From Raja brachyura (Eukaryota), in assembly GCA_963514005.1 (NCBI GenBank), contig OY740807.1, positions 14,508,001-14,572,000 of the forward strand: a DNA stretch of 64,000 nt. The letters are read 5' to 3'. Shown in pieces: positions 62,776 to 64,000 of this stretch (position 1 is the stretch's first letter; each line of letters begins with the position of its first letter). The notes below the pieces were generated by a model. That model was not told the DNA's origin and searched no databases. It saw only the letters and a program-made list of their open reading frames with translations. Both the position numbers and the translations under genes were made by a program.

Positions 62776-62865
62776 GGGCGGCACGGTGGCGTTGCGGTAG
62801 AGCCTTACAGTGTCAGAGACCTGGGTTCAATCCTGATTACGGGTGCTGTCTGTACGGGGTTTCTT
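62776..62865 (+). mobile_element. SINE head only
   Basis: gggcggcacggtggcgttgcggtagag...ggttcaatcctgattacgggtgctgtctgtacgg. Confidence 0.85.
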
Positions 62866-64000
62866 CAAGCATTGACTCCATTCATCAAATGATATTGTTG
62901 CGTAGAGAAAACACTCACATGTAGTGAGGAGTGCCAGGCTAACAGAATTATCAGCCAAAATAGCTCTGAGATCTTTAAAATCAGCATCACTCAGTGCAGC
63001 AATCAAATAGCCTATGGTGGAAAAACACTTGTGTTTTTCGTTAGATGAGTGCAGGATTATTGATACATTCTGACTATAGATCAGTGGTCTAGGTTTATTC
63101 CAGCAAAATTCTGTGAAGAAACGACTGAAGAGACAACTGGAAATGTAAAGAAGCTGGACAACGCAAAGATTTATGGGTGTGGGGATAAGGAGAAAAAAAG
63201 ATTTGGTTTGCTAAAATGGAAAGCTAACCTTTTCTTGGGGTCAGAAAAGAGGTCTGTCATATGGAGTATTGAAGTAGAGATGGCCACCCCTCCCCTCCCA
63301 AACCCTGCTCCACTCTGCGGCTCTATTTGTATTTGTTTTCAATCAATATGGTTTTCATCGACTTATTTCAGTGCTGCCATATGTGATCTGTATCCTGATA
63401 TAATGAGGCAGAGTGGAGTAAAAGTAATTTGAACTTTTGAGCTAGCATATCTGTCGCCCGTTTACAAACTGTTTAGGAACTCTAAAGGCTCACTTCTTGC
63501 ATTATTGATGAAGAGTTTAGAAGCGCAGATGTCACAAATGCTTCATTTAACATTCTGCAGGTTTGCAAGCACCACTGAATTACTGGCTTTTCGAAAAAAA
63601 AAGCACGGCAAAACAAACAAAATGTTGAGCCACGTAAACCAAAGTGGGGTCTCTGCTCTGAGCAAGAGCCCTCTTGATTGGAGAGGAAGGCATTCTTCAT
63701 TACATTATGCAGTACATGCTCCTACCAAGCCAGGTCCCCTGCAAAGTTAGCTTGGTAAAAGGCTGGAGTGTGTTTACAGAAAACGCCATAATTAAAGGTG
63801 GCTCATGACTTCCTGAACTGTGGCAGTGAAGCTTGAACCATTTATGAAATTCAGTAAATTGAAATTATTTCATAATTCAAAATTCACCCAATTTATGGAA
63901 AAACAGAAATGAATGGAGTCACATTTCACTTCCTGTTGTTTTGAACAAGTTTGTAGCTGGAGAAAAGCAGGGTTGAGCAACAAAGGATGCACAGTGAGTG

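Overview
This is eukaryotic, repeat-rich non-coding DNA with no intact protein-coding gene I can name. The repeat set (tRNA-derived HE1/V-SINE-like SINEs sharing a CR1/HER1 3' tail, Penelope remnants, Rex1/Babar, RTE-X, L1, L2) points to a cartilaginous fish, probably a skate or ray; this is inferred from recalled repeat families, not from a search. Most ORF-track entries are spurious or transposon debris. The clear structural features are: a full-length but dead Passport-like Tc1 transposon (18749-20342, IR/DR TIRs, TA TSD) nested in a CR1 LINE; a 191-bp collapsed copy of it; a PIF/Harbinger MITE with TTA TSD; two hAT-like elements with atypical 7-bp and 6-bp TSDs; a non-autonomous Helitron; an ~880-bp GC-rich foldback element; and a ~500-bp local inverted duplication whose daughter copy interrupts a CR1 endonuclease remnant. 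The most interesting signal is a family of more than ten short Penelope-derived repeats carrying a minimal type-I hammerhead ribozyme motif (CTGAAGA-stem II-GAAAC-GTC); two copies keep an intact core, and two inverted-pair copies have 10-12 bp TSDs. A second non-coding retroposon with a Rex1-type tail keeps a covarying hairpin. Unique stretches between repeats hold several candidate + strand cassette exons (45, 111 and 30 nt) and enhancer-like motif clusters, consistent with a large intron, but the host gene could not be identified. Boundaries of old repeats are approximate.
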